DNA of 64,000 nt from an uncultured bacterium (lineage in GTDB: Bacteria > Krumholzibacteriota > Krumholzibacteriia > Krumholzibacteriales > Krumholzibacteriaceae): NCBI GenBank assembly GCA_965371515.1, contig CBDUYR010000009.1, forward strand, positions 1-64,000, in the 5' to 3' direction. The notes below the pieces were generated by a model, which saw nothing but the letters and a program-made list of their open reading frames with translations, did no database searches and was not told where the DNA came from. Every line of letters starts with the position of its first letter. Position 1 is the stretch's first letter. Shown here one piece after another: positions 29,896 to 39,523 of this stretch. Position numbers and translations under genes: made by a program.

Positions 29896-29911
29896 TGGTA
29901 CACATTTCGCA
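29896..29911 (+). promoter_or_regulatory. Putative sigma-54 promoter upstream of the giant TPR gene
   Basis: TGGTACACATTTCGCA, with GG-N10-GC spacing, about 70 bp upstream of the start codon. Confidence 0.5.
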
Positions 29912-29979
29912 TAAAGCCCATAAAACCGGGTGATATTCGTGAATCCGCGATTCAGCGGAGTGAAAGGCGGAACGAGGCA

Positions 29980-32900
29980 GTGTTTCTGACACAGGAAAAA
30001 GCGCTCAAGAGGATCGTCCAGGAACGCCAGAAAGGCGACAGGAAAAGAGCCTTGAGAAACGCGATGAGCGCGCTGAAGAAATGGCCTGATGATTTCGATA
30101 TCGCAACGGAGGCGATACAGCTCTGTCTCGATATCTCCGATTTCAAGGAAGCCGTTTCCCTGATGAAGAACACGATCAGACACCACCCCAGATCGAAGCA
30201 ACAACTCTTATCGATAGCCCGCGAGGCGCTTCACTTATCGTTCGATCCCTTTCTCGCAAGTTTCGTCATCGAATTCCTCATCAGAAGCGGGGATTTTGAT
30301 TCAGCCCGCCAGGCGATACGGGCGGGGTCCACTTCCTATATCGAGGGGATGATCAAGCGCTCCGAGACGAGATCGAAGGAATTCGAGGAAAGCGACAAGA
30401 AGAAATCGTCCACCTATGCTGAAAACGAGATCCTCCTGGGTCTTTTATTCCTTGAGGCAAGACGCTGGTCCGAGGCGGTCGAACCGCTCGGCAGGGCGAT
30501 GAAGAGTCTGCCCGACGAGGCGCATGGCATCGGTGCAGCCCTGCTCGAGGTCGAACGCGAATGCCCGACGAACTCGCACATCCAGTACTATCTCGGAATC
30601 GCATCGATCCTGTTGTCTCATCTGGATAAAGCAGAGTCGAGATTCTTCCGCGCGCTCGAGCTGGAGGACCCGCCGGCGACTGAGATTCTGAAGATACTCG
30701 AGGCGAAAGAGGCAAGATCGAAAAACTGGCTGCTGATGAAGGGCGAGGCCCTCATCTCGGCGGGGATGGGGCCGGAAGGCACGGCAGGCATAAGGGACTA
30801 TCTCGAAGCGAAGGACGGCGGGTGGGACCGGAAGGATATTCCGGGAGACATCAACCAGCTATTCCCCGAACAGGTCGACAGGCAGAAATTCGCGTTCGCA
30901 AGACTCGAAAAACTCCCTCCTGACAGACTCGACGACATCGAAGTAACGTTCCTCTACAGCGAGATCGCTTCGGCGATGCAAAGAGCCAAAGATGCTGTGG
31001 AGGCGCTGAAGACATATTTTGGAAATCATCGTGAGTCGGCTGCGAGGCTCGCGGACTGGGCTGCCGGGAACGAGGCGGTTTCGAACAGCGCTCCGGGACA
31101 GGAGTTGCTCGTCCAGCTGAATCTGCATCTCGGGAAGGGCGAGACGGCGGCGGCCGCATCCGGCAACGCGGCCGAGATGGATCCGTCACGCATACCCTCC
31201 ATCCTCGAGATGATCCAGATCGCTCTCGACGCCGGATTCGAGGAGAAGGCGCCGCTCCTGTCGATCCAGGCGGAGCTCTACGCCCGGGGGGGCAACGAAG
31301 AGAAGGCGTCCGAACTTATCAGGGAGATGGAATCGCAGGAAACACTCGAGAAGGAAGAGCTCCTCAGACTCTCCGGCGAGGTGATGCGGCACTGCGGGGT
31401 GAGTCTCGACGGGGTGATCTCTACGATCGAGCTCGGGATAAGAAATTCGCGCGTCGCGGAGGCCCTCACCTACTCCCTCGAATTCTATCGGGACAATCCG
31501 GACTCGCACGTCCACTTCGCCGAGCAGATCGCCGGGATCGCCGAAAAGGACCCCGATGCATGGCCGGCACTGGCCGAGCTGTGCGAGCTGTTCGCCGCCG
31601 AAGAGGAACTCGACCAATCGATGAGATTCCTCAGGGCAAAATCGCACATAAAAAGCGGGCAGATCGAGAGGGCCGTCTTCGAGTTCGACCAGCTGATGAT
31701 GTTCGACGATTCACTGAGATCCTCCGTGACCGATCTCTACGAAGAAGCCATCGGCGGCAATCCCGAAAACACGACCCTGCATCTCGCCCTATACCAGATA
31801 TACTTCGAGGACGAAAGATACGCATCCGCCTCCCGACATCTAGGCCGGGCGTTGGAGACCGACCCGGCACAGATACGCGACATCGTGCCGCGGTTCGAGA
31901 AACTCGTCGAACGCGATCACGCCAACAGTGCAATCTGGGACGAGATACTCGGCTCGGCAATGAAGATCAGGCACTTCGACTTTGCCCGCGAGCTGCTGAA
32001 CAAGGCCGTTCAGGCCCTTCCCAAGAGCGAGTCTGCCGCCCTTCACATATTCGGCGCGAGGATCTCGACGACCGAGGGGAACATCGAAGACGCGTTGAGA
32101 TGCCTGGCAATGACCCTGACCTCCACCCACGCCGATTTGGGCTCGGTAAAAGCGGAGCTCGGAGAGATCATCGCGAAGGAACCTTCGAGCGCCGAAGCAA
32201 GATATCTTCTTGGAGAGACGATGTTGAGGCTCGGGTCCGAGGACGAGGCCACCGCCGAGCTTGAAAGATGCATCTCCCTTTCCCCCGCATATCTCGACAA
32301 GGTGGGACAAAGGCTCGAGAAGCTTCTTCCCGTCAGCATAAAGCCCTGGCTCATATCGAGGATACTGGGAGAGGTGCACTGGGCCGGATCGAGACGCGAC
32401 GAGGCGATGAGATATCTCGAGTCGGCACAGAAGGGCCCGCAGGAATCGCTTCCGCAACTGGGAGAGACTCTGAAGAGGCTCACCGCCGGTTCGCCCGATG
32501 ACGCGGAGCTCGTGTTTATCTACGCAAGGAATCTCGTCCGAACAGGCGGAAACGACGAGTCGGTCGGAATACTCGAAAGATTCGTCTCCGCGGACGGAAC
32601 GATCTCCTCCGGAGCCGTCGCCGTACTGAGAGAAATAATCGAAAACGAACCGGGGCACCTGGGAGCCAACAGGCTCCTCGCCTCGATACTTTCCGAAACC
32701 GACGACAACGGAAGGGCCGTCGACGCCCTCCTCCGTATAACCGGCATCGAGAATACCGCTCCGGAGACCCTCATCGAGATGATCGAGCCCTTCCTCGAAA
32801 AGTACGGTGAAGAGCCGAGGCTGCTTGTGCCGCTCGGAGGGCTGAGGAGCAGATCAGGCGGCCTCAGCAAGGGCCTCACAGACTTAGAGAAGACACTGGC

Positions 32901-33846
32901 CCTGGACAGCTCCTTCGCTCAAGCGATACTTGACGAGACGACAAACATCGAGTGGTCGAAAAAGTACATCATCCGCAGCCGGCTCCTCGAGGCCGACTGC
33001 CGCATCGTCACGGGCGACCGGGAAACGGCGTTCTCGATACTCGGGGAGATCGACTCCGGATCGCGTTCCGTACGGACGAAGGTGATAGAACGGATCCGCA
33101 GTCTGATCAACGCCGGTCAGAAGAAGGAATACTACGAGTTCGCATCTCAGCTCCTTGCCGGCGGCGGTGACACGAAGGGAGCCGAATCGATCCTGAGGGA
33201 AGGCATCGATTCCCTGGGCGGCGAGGACGCGGGCGATCTCCTTATCACGATGGGCGGAATCTTCGAGGCCGCCGGAATGGAAGAAAAGGCGGCCGGGTGT
33301 TTCCGTGAGGTCCTAGACGGTTCCGTTGACAAGCAGAAGATACTCGTCAGGATCGAGAAGATATGGTCGTCGTGGAAGGAAAGGGAGATCCGTTCCGGAC
33401 TCGAAAGGATCACAGCAGGCGAGACCGACGCGGCGGAGACGGAAAAACTCGTCCGAACAGCCATCGAGACGGGAGATCTCGACTCGGCCGGAAAGATGAT
33501 CGATGCCGGCGGCATCGAACCCCTGAGAAGAAAAGCGCTTCTGTCGAGACTGCACATGGCCGCGGACAGGCCTCTGAGCGCACTCGCAGTGGCAGGTTCA
33601 GCCCCGAGAGAAGACGGCGACGAAGAATCAATACTGGAACTCCTATATGTAGAAGGTGCTGCGAGCGAGATGCTGGGCGACTACGGAAGGGCCGCCGCAG
33701 CATTCTCGCGTATCCTCGGGATCCGCAGTGAATATCTCGATGCCGGCAGCAGGGCGGAGAGCGCCTACGCCAGGTACATCGCTTCGCAATGTGAAGAAAA
33801 CGCCGGCCTGCTGATCGCGACCGGCGATCTCGATCTGGAAAAGTGA
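29980..33846 (+). CDS. Giant (1288 aa) TPR-like all-helical protein
   Basis: Long ORF with repeated TPR-like segments (for example NPENTTLHLALYQIY and EPSSAEARYLLGETMLRLG); no signal peptide seen. Confidence 0.8.
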   Translation: MFLTQEKALKRIVQERQKGDRKRALRNAMSALKKWPDDFDIATEAIQLCLDISDFKEAVSLMKNTIRHHPRSKQQLLSIAREALHLSFDPFLASFVIEFLIRSGDFDSARQAIRAGSTSYIEGMIKRSETRSKEFEESDKKKSSTYAENEILLGLLFLEARRWSEAVEPLGRAMKSLPDEAHGIGAALLEVERECPTNSHIQYYLGIASILLSHLDKAESRFFRALELEDPPATEILKILEAKEARSKNWLLMKGEALISAGMGPEGTAGIRDYLEAKDGGWDRKDIPGDINQLFPEQVDRQKFAFARLEKLPPDRLDDIEVTFLYSEIASAMQRAKDAVEALKTYFGNHRESAARLADWAAGNEAVSNSAPGQELLVQLNLHLGKGETAAAASGNAAEMDPSRIPSILEMIQIALDAGFEEKAPLLSIQAELYARGGNEEKASELIREMESQETLEKEELLRLSGEVMRHCGVSLDGVISTIELGIRNSRVAEALTYSLEFYRDNPDSHVHFAEQIAGIAEKDPDAWPALAELCELFAAEEELDQSMRFLRAKSHIKSGQIERAVFEFDQLMMFDDSLRSSVTDLYEEAIGGNPENTTLHLALYQIYFEDERYASASRHLGRALETDPAQIRDIVPRFEKLVERDHANSAIWDEILGSAMKIRHFDFARELLNKAVQALPKSESAALHIFGARISTTEGNIEDALRCLAMTLTSTHADLGSVKAELGEIIAKEPSSAEARYLLGETMLRLGSEDEATAELERCISLSPAYLDKVGQRLEKLLPVSIKPWLISRILGEVHWAGSRRDEAMRYLESAQKGPQESLPQLGETLKRLTAGSPDDAELVFIYARNLVRTGGNDESVGILERFVSADGTISSGAVAVLREIIENEPGHLGANRLLASILSETDDNGRAVDALLRITGIENTAPETLIEMIEPFLEKYGEEPRLLVPLGGLRSRSGGLSKGLTDLEKTLALDSSFAQAILDETTNIEWSKKYIIRSRLLEADCRIVTGDRETAFSILGEIDSGSRSVRTKVIERIRSLINAGQKKEYYEFASQLLAGGGDTKGAESILREGIDSLGGEDAGDLLITMGGIFEAAGMEEKAAGCFREVLDGSVDKQKILVRIEKIWSSWKEREIRSGLERITAGETDAAETEKLVRTAIETGDLDSAGKMIDAGGIEPLRRKALLSRLHMAADRPLSALAVAGSAPREDGDEESILELLYVEGAASEMLGDYGRAAAAFSRILGIRSEYLDAGSRAESAYARYIASQCEENAGLLIATGDLDLEK

Positions 33847-33857
33847 AAGGAAAGGCC

Positions 33858-35258
33858 ATGAAGATCTGTCCATTAATCACGCAGGTATCGATCCTCGAGG
33901 AACCCCGCGACGTCATCCTCCTCGGAGAAACTCATGACACAGAGCTCCACAACGGGGACATCGGCGAAAATGACGGGGATAAAGACGAAGGGGATGAGGG
34001 CAGCGACATCTTCATGAATCCCGACGCAGAGGATTCATCTGACGAAGATTCTGGAGATGATTCCGACGAGGAAAGCGAAGGGGACGACGGCGAGAACGAG
34101 ACAGGATCCACCGGGGAATCGCCCGACGAGGAGAAGTGCGATGACGCATCCTCCACGCCTGTCAGATTCGTCGCGAGGTCGACACGCGGCGAGGTTCACT
34201 GCCTCGGCAGTCAGTGCCGCTTCCATGACGACAAAAGCGGAGAGTGCGGTATCGAGATACTGCTCAGGAACGGTTTGACCCGAGACAACGGACACGCTGA
34301 AGAGAGCCGCGAGACAGACGGAAAACTCGACGAAAGGCTCGAATCGATCCGCGGCGACCTGGAAAAATCGTGGGACTTCCAGCAGAGAAGCACCGGCGAT
34401 ATCCTCGGCTTATTCAAGGAACTCGAGGAAAAGACGACCGCATCGGCGGACACGCTGAAAGAGTCGTTCGATAAGAGTTTCGACGAAATAAAAGAGCTGA
34501 TCTCGTCGGTCAACGAAGACAACAAGCTTATCGTCGATTCGCTGTCCGACACCCTCGCCGAAAGGAGCGAGGATCTCGACGACAGGCTCGGCGAGAGCAG
34601 CAAGAGTATCGAGCAATTCCGTGGCGAGGTCTCGAACTGGAAGGAATCCCTCGACGAGAGCATCAGCAAGATCGAGAGCGACCTGAAAGAGAACAGGCGA
34701 CTCGCCCAGGAGGTCTCAGAGAACAACAGCGATATCATGCAGGTCGTCGAGAACCAGAAGATAGCGCTCGAGGAAGAGGAAGAGAGACGCCGGGTGGACG
34801 AGGCGAAAAAGCTCAACAACGCAGGCGTCATGTCGTATCACAGCGGCCATTACGAAAAAGCCCTCGACCTTTTTAAAAAAGCGATAGAGATAGACGACAA
34901 ATTCACCGAGGGTTACAACAACCTGGGACTGACATACACCGAGATGAACGAGGAAGACAATGCCACCGAGGCGTTCAAGAAGGCTATCGAGCTCAATCCC
35001 GATCTCGCCGCCACTTACAATAACCTCGGCTACGTATTCTACAGGCTGGGATCGTATACTGAAGCGATCGAGATGTATAACGAGGCGATCGGCCGCAGCG
35101 GCGACAACAGCTCGGCCTACACCAATCTTGGAAACGCCTGCTACAAGCTCGACCGTGTCGAGGACGCGATCGAGGCCTGGCAGAAGGCGCTCGACATCGA
35201 CCCGTCGAACGAAAAGGCGAAGCGCAATCTCAAGCGTTTCCACGCCGAATCGAAATAA
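33858..35258 (+). CDS. Protein with Cys motif, acidic tract, coiled coil and C-terminal TPRs
   Basis: MKICPL...CLGSQC...C, a D/E-rich spacer, a heptad-like region and about four TPRs (YNNLG). Confidence 0.85.
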   Translation: MKICPLITQVSILEEPRDVILLGETHDTELHNGDIGENDGDKDEGDEGSDIFMNPDAEDSSDEDSGDDSDEESEGDDGENETGSTGESPDEEKCDDASSTPVRFVARSTRGEVHCLGSQCRFHDDKSGECGIEILLRNGLTRDNGHAEESRETDGKLDERLESIRGDLEKSWDFQQRSTGDILGLFKELEEKTTASADTLKESFDKSFDEIKELISSVNEDNKLIVDSLSDTLAERSEDLDDRLGESSKSIEQFRGEVSNWKESLDESISKIESDLKENRRLAQEVSENNSDIMQVVENQKIALEEEEERRRVDEAKKLNNAGVMSYHSGHYEKALDLFKKAIEIDDKFTEGYNNLGLTYTEMNEEDNATEAFKKAIELNPDLAATYNNLGYVFYRLGSYTEAIEMYNEAIGRSGDNSSAYTNLGNACYKLDRVEDAIEAWQKALDIDPSNEKAKRNLKRFHAESK

Positions 35259-35274
35259 ACAGACGATTAATCAC

Positions 35275-35304
35275 AGGGACCGGGTCATCCCGGTCCCTTT
35301 TTTT
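35275..35304 (+). terminator. Rho-independent terminator
   Basis: AGGGACCGGG-TCAT-CCCGGTCCCT followed by a T-run. Confidence 0.85.
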
Positions 35305-35512
35305 AATCGAGCGTGCGGACGTTCCTGGCCTCGAGTCCCCGTTCGCCGTCGCTCAGATCGAACTCCACTAATTCACCCTCACTGAGCGTCCTGAACCCCT
35401 CCCCCTCGATGTCCGAGTAATGGACGTAGATCTCGTTGCCGCCCGTCTCCCGGCGGATGAAACCGTAGCCCCTGCTCTCATTGAACCACTTGACCTTGCC
35501 GCGTTCAGGCAA
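35303..35512 (-). CDS. Cold-shock domain protein
   Basis: GKVKWFNESRGYGFI, YVHYSDI and GFRTL.EG motifs. Confidence 0.92.
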   Translation of the reverse strand: MPERGKVKWFNESRGYGFIRRETGGNEIYVHYSDIEGEGFRTLSEGELVEFDLSDGERGLEARNVRTLD

Positions 35513-35646
35513 CGCTGGCCTCCCCCTCTTCCGACCGTTTCTGCATCATTGCTGGCGAATGGCGATAATAGCAGTTCTCCGGCCATCAATCAACCTCCGA
35601 TTTCCTTATATCCCAAAGATTTAAGCGATACCGCCCCCGCCCCTCT

Positions 35647-35663
35647 TTGGCACTTTTCTTGCG
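35647..35663 (+). promoter_or_regulatory. Sigma-54 promoter upstream of the FHA operon
   Basis: TTGGCACTTTTCTTGCG, a near-consensus TGGCAC-N5-TTGC, 42 bp upstream of ATG 35705. Confidence 0.75.
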
Positions 35664-35704
35664 TGTTTGATTGCGGAAGATTACTCGGAAAGGATAAAAG
35701 TGTC

Positions 35705-37045
35705 ATGTCGAGGCTTCAGATACCGTACACCAGCGTACTGGTGGACCCGACCGATTACGATCCCGATCATTTTGAATCGGTCCTGAGAAAGTACCTCGGT
35801 GACAGGCGCGGAGACCCAGTCGTCATCGAGGTGTTCAACGATCACGTTCAGTATTTGACGTTCATAAGGGATGGTCAGATCTACTGGTGCTGCACGAGCG
35901 CTCCGGACGACTTCAGCGGACTGTCCGTGCGGGAGTATTTCTCTTCGCTGCGCAGGACCCAGTTCCCGAAGGTGATTGTATACTCGGTCGACCTTCTGCT
36001 GTTCCATTCCCTCATCGTCTACCTCCAGACCACGCCCGAGCTGAAGGTCAGCTCGACTCTCGTCGACTTTGACGAGCTCCTCGACAGAATCGAATCCGAG
36101 AACCGAAGCGCCCTCGTCACCGCCCTGCAGCCGGGTAACCTCGTGATGCTCAGATACAAGGAAGGCGTTCCTGTAGCTTGTTATCACGGTCTCCACACAG
36201 GCGCGTCGGGTGAGACGAGCCATCGCGAGAGCTTCCTCGTGAAGGTATACACGATGGCCGCGAGAGTCCCGTTTGAAATCAGGATATTCACCGAACTGGT
36301 CGTCACGCATTCCGAAGACGCGAGGCAGATACCCGATGATTTCGAGGGTCCTGTCCCGTCGTTCTTCCTCAGCCAGCCCCCGAAGCTGATCGTCAGATTG
36401 AAAAACAGGCCGCTGAAGACATACAACTTCACCGGCAAGCAGATCACGATCGGCAGGCTGCCCGAGAACGACATAGTGATAGACAACCTCAGCGTCTCGA
36501 GAAAGCATGCCGTCATCCATTCAGTCAGGTCCGGTTACGTCCTCCGCGACCTGGGCAGCAAAAACGGAACGCTTCTCAACGGCGAGAAAGTCGAGCACGG
36601 CGAACTCAAGGCCGGCGACTCGATAACGATCGGCAAGTACGAGATAATCTTTCAGATCAGCACCGGCGAGGAAAACACCACCGACACGCTCGACCAGACC
36701 ATCATCATCCCCCGCTTTCATAGTGAATCCGGCCATAAGGAGAAGGATCCGCTGAATAAACAGGCAGCCGCCCCCCCGAGACTGTACCGCCGTTCCGAGC
36801 AGGAGGAATACGCCATCGAGGGCGACAGATTCGTAATCGGCAGGGGCAGGGGATCGGATATCAAGCTGAAGGGCCTCTTCGCCCCCCGCGTAAAGGTAAG
36901 CATCCACAGGAACGGACCCGACTGGATCATCCAGGCGGATGGGAAGAATAGCGTGACAGTCAACGGCGAGAAGATGGAGGAGAAGGTCCTGCAGGAAGAG
37001 GATCTGATCGCCATCGGCTCGGAGGAATTCGTCTTCAAGCACTGA
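35705..37045 (+). CDS. Double FHA-domain protein
   Basis: FHA1 reads ITIGR...SVSRKHA...DLGSKNGT; a second FHA is degenerate (FVIGRG); start MSRLQIP. Confidence 0.88.
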   Translation: MSRLQIPYTSVLVDPTDYDPDHFESVLRKYLGDRRGDPVVIEVFNDHVQYLTFIRDGQIYWCCTSAPDDFSGLSVREYFSSLRRTQFPKVIVYSVDLLLFHSLIVYLQTTPELKVSSTLVDFDELLDRIESENRSALVTALQPGNLVMLRYKEGVPVACYHGLHTGASGETSHRESFLVKVYTMAARVPFEIRIFTELVVTHSEDARQIPDDFEGPVPSFFLSQPPKLIVRLKNRPLKTYNFTGKQITIGRLPENDIVIDNLSVSRKHAVIHSVRSGYVLRDLGSKNGTLLNGEKVEHGELKAGDSITIGKYEIIFQISTGEENTTDTLDQTIIIPRFHSESGHKEKDPLNKQAAAPPRLYRRSEQEEYAIEGDRFVIGRGRGSDIKLKGLFAPRVKVSIHRNGPDWIIQADGKNSVTVNGEKMEEKVLQEEDLIAIGSEEFVFKH

Positions 37046-37049
37046 TACA

Positions 37050-37778
37050 ATGAAATACTTAGTATTTTCAGATATTCATGGCAACGCGCAGGCTCTCGAG
37101 AAGGTCATCGAGGAGATCGCCGAGATCAGGCCCGATTTCGTCGTCTCACTGGGCGACGTCGTCGGCTACGGAGCGAACCCTTCGGACTGCGTCGACCTCG
37201 TCGACGAGCACTGCGACATCCGGGTCTGCGGCAATCACGATTTCGTGGCCGCCGGCCTGGCAGAGAGCGAGGACTTCAACGTCACCGCGAGGATATCGAT
37301 CGAATGGACGAAGAGCTCGCTTTCCGCACGGCAGAAGGAACTTCTCGCTGCCTACGATACTGTCAGGCGGCACGGGGAGTGCCTGTTCGCGCACTCCTCC
37401 CCCATCTCTCCCCTCGACTGGGAATACATCTACACTACAGGACAGGCGGAGAGGATCTTCAGGGAGACCGACGCCAGATTCATCTTCATAGGACATACGC
37501 ACGTGCCGGGGATCATCAGCCACGACCCGGTATCAGGATACACGGTGGAGAACAGCTCGAGGATCGAGGCCGAACCAGGCCGTCGATACCTGATAAATGC
37601 GGGAAGCATCGGTCAGCCGAGGGACGGTGTCAGCGCAGCGAGCTTCGCCGTCATCGACGTGCAGCGAAGCAGGATCAGCATGCGGAGGATCCCTTACGAC
37701 GTGACGGAAGCCCAGGAGAGGATCAGGGCGGAAGGACTGCCCGAATCACTCGCCTCGAGGCTCACCCTTGCGAGATGA
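37050..37778 (+). CDS. Metallophosphoesterase (calcineurin-like)
   Basis: SDIHGN, LGDVVGYG, GNHD, GHTH and NAGSIGQPRDG motifs. Confidence 0.92.
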   Translation: MKYLVFSDIHGNAQALEKVIEEIAEIRPDFVVSLGDVVGYGANPSDCVDLVDEHCDIRVCGNHDFVAAGLAESEDFNVTARISIEWTKSSLSARQKELLAAYDTVRRHGECLFAHSSPISPLDWEYIYTTGQAERIFRETDARFIFIGHTHVPGIISHDPVSGYTVENSSRIEAEPGRRYLINAGSIGQPRDGVSAASFAVIDVQRSRISMRRIPYDVTEAQERIRAEGLPESLASRLTLAR

Positions 37779-39523
37779 GAGAGATGGAAGAAAGAAACTA
37801 CCAGATACTGAGCACCCTCGCCACCGGCGGAACCGCCGTACTGTACAAGGCGATCCAGAAATCTCTCGACCGCGAGGTGGTCATAAAGAGGCTCCATTCC
37901 CATCTCACGTCCGACACGAATTTCACGAGACGTTTCGAGGTGGAGGCCAAAGCCGCGGCAAGCCTCGACCACGAAAATATCGTCCGTATCATCGATTCGG
38001 GCAACTCCGAGGGGAACTACTTCATAGTGATGGAATACATCGACGGTTTCTCGCTCAGCGAGATCCTCGAGAAGCACGGCCTGATCGACGACGAGCTCAC
38101 CCTGCTGATAGCGCGTGAGATCTGCATCGGTCTCGATCACGCCCACCAGCACGGGATTATCCACAGGGACATCAAGCCGGCCAACATCATGATCACATCG
38201 ACCGGCCAGGTAAAGATCACCGATTTCGGGCTTGTAAAACTGATCGGCAACCAGCTCCAGCATACGGTAGCCGACACACTGCTCGGCACGCCCCTCTACA
38301 TGTCGCCCGAACAGGCAATCGGCGACGGCATCGACGGACGCAGTGATATCTTCTCCCTCGGCACGATCTGTTACGAAATGGTCACTGGAAAACAGCCCTT
38401 CACAGGGAACACATATGCAGCCGTCATACAGAGGATAATCGAAGGTCACATCCCACATCCCTGCCGCGTCAACGAAAAGGTATCCCCCGAAATCAGCCGC
38501 ATCATCATGAAGGCTCTCAGCAGGGAACCATCGAAGAGGTACGGGACCGCTCTCGAGATGGCCAGAACGATAGAGACATGCATCGGCCAGGAGAAAGTCT
38601 GGTCGCTGAGGAACAGGGTCCGCAGACTCGTCTGCGGGCACGACCCGCTCGAGACCGTCGCCGAGTCCACCCCCAGGCGCCGACGCAGGGGAAGCGCGAA
38701 AAAATGGCTCGCCGGCATGGCGGCCGCCGCTGTGGTGATCGCGTCCGGCTACACCGCTGTCGAGCGCCCCGACATCATCCGGGGACTGAGGACGAAGGTA
38801 GAAGGCGTGCTGTCGGGTTTGAGTACGGAAAAGCCCGAAGGGCTGCTCGATGCTTCGAACACTCCCGGAGGATTGATGGAAAGCATGTTCACTGCGGCCG
38901 CAGACACCGGCGCGGTGGAGACCGATTCCCTGGCGGCAGTGACGGAGACATTCGATCCCGTGTCACCAGCCGGACCGCCCGAAGGGATCGCGCCCGAACC
39001 TGACACTCTCGCGGCCGTCAACGAGCCCGCCCGCGAAGAGATTTCATCCGACGGGCAGGACGAGAAACCGGTCGTCGAAGAGGAACCGGCGCCCGCCGTC
39101 GGCCTGATCGACATCTACGTCGAGCCCGAGGCCGAGATACACATCGACGGGCGCTGGCGCGCATCGACCGACAGGTTCGGTCCTGTGGAACTCTCCGCAG
39201 GGCCTCACGATATTACGCTCAAGCAGCGCGATTACAGGGAATACACCGAGAGGATCGTGATCAGGAAGGGGGAGCTGTCGCGGAGGAGGATCGAACTGCA
39301 GCGCGTTACAGGCAGCCTTGATTTTACAACGGTCGCCGGAGCGAGCGTCTTCGTCAACGGAAAATTCCACGGGATTACTCCGCTTAAGAACCCGATACAG
39401 CTGACTTCGGGTAAATATCTCGTCGAGCTGAAGAAGCACGGTTATCTCACGTGGACCGGCGAGGTAGACATCCCGTCGAGTGAGAAACTCTCCCTGAAGA
39501 TCAACATGATCCAGCGCCAGTAA
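37775..39523 (+). CDS. Membrane Ser/Thr protein kinase with C-terminal PEGA domains
   Basis: VVIK, HRDIKPAN, TDFG and GTPLYMSPEQ motifs; TM segment; two PEGA-like repeats. ATGA overlap with the upstream gene (alternative start 37784). Confidence 0.92.
   Translation: MREMEERNYQILSTLATGGTAVLYKAIQKSLDREVVIKRLHSHLTSDTNFTRRFEVEAKAAASLDHENIVRIIDSGNSEGNYFIVMEYIDGFSLSEILEKHGLIDDELTLLIAREICIGLDHAHQHGIIHRDIKPANIMITSTGQVKITDFGLVKLIGNQLQHTVADTLLGTPLYMSPEQAIGDGIDGRSDIFSLGTICYEMVTGKQPFTGNTYAAVIQRIIEGHIPHPCRVNEKVSPEISRIIMKALSREPSKRYGTALEMARTIETCIGQEKVWSLRNRVRRLVCGHDPLETVAESTPRRRRRGSAKKWLAGMAAAAVVIASGYTAVERPDIIRGLRTKVEGVLSGLSTEKPEGLLDASNTPGGLMESMFTAAADTGAVETDSLAAVTETFDPVSPAGPPEGIAPEPDTLAAVNEPAREEISSDGQDEKPVVEEEPAPAVGLIDIYVEPEAEIHIDGRWRASTDRFGPVELSAGPHDITLKQRDYREYTERIVIRKGELSRRRIELQRVTGSLDFTTVAGASVFVNGKFHGITPLKNPIQLTSGKYLVELKKHGYLTWTGEVDIPSSEKLSLKINMIQRQ

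Noticed and set aside
35420..35704. N-terminal extension of the FHA ORF (likewise 37304-37774 for the kinase and 17548-17910 for the hydrolase)
   Set aside because: The extensions overlap neighbouring genes or the promoter, so downstream starts are more plausible.
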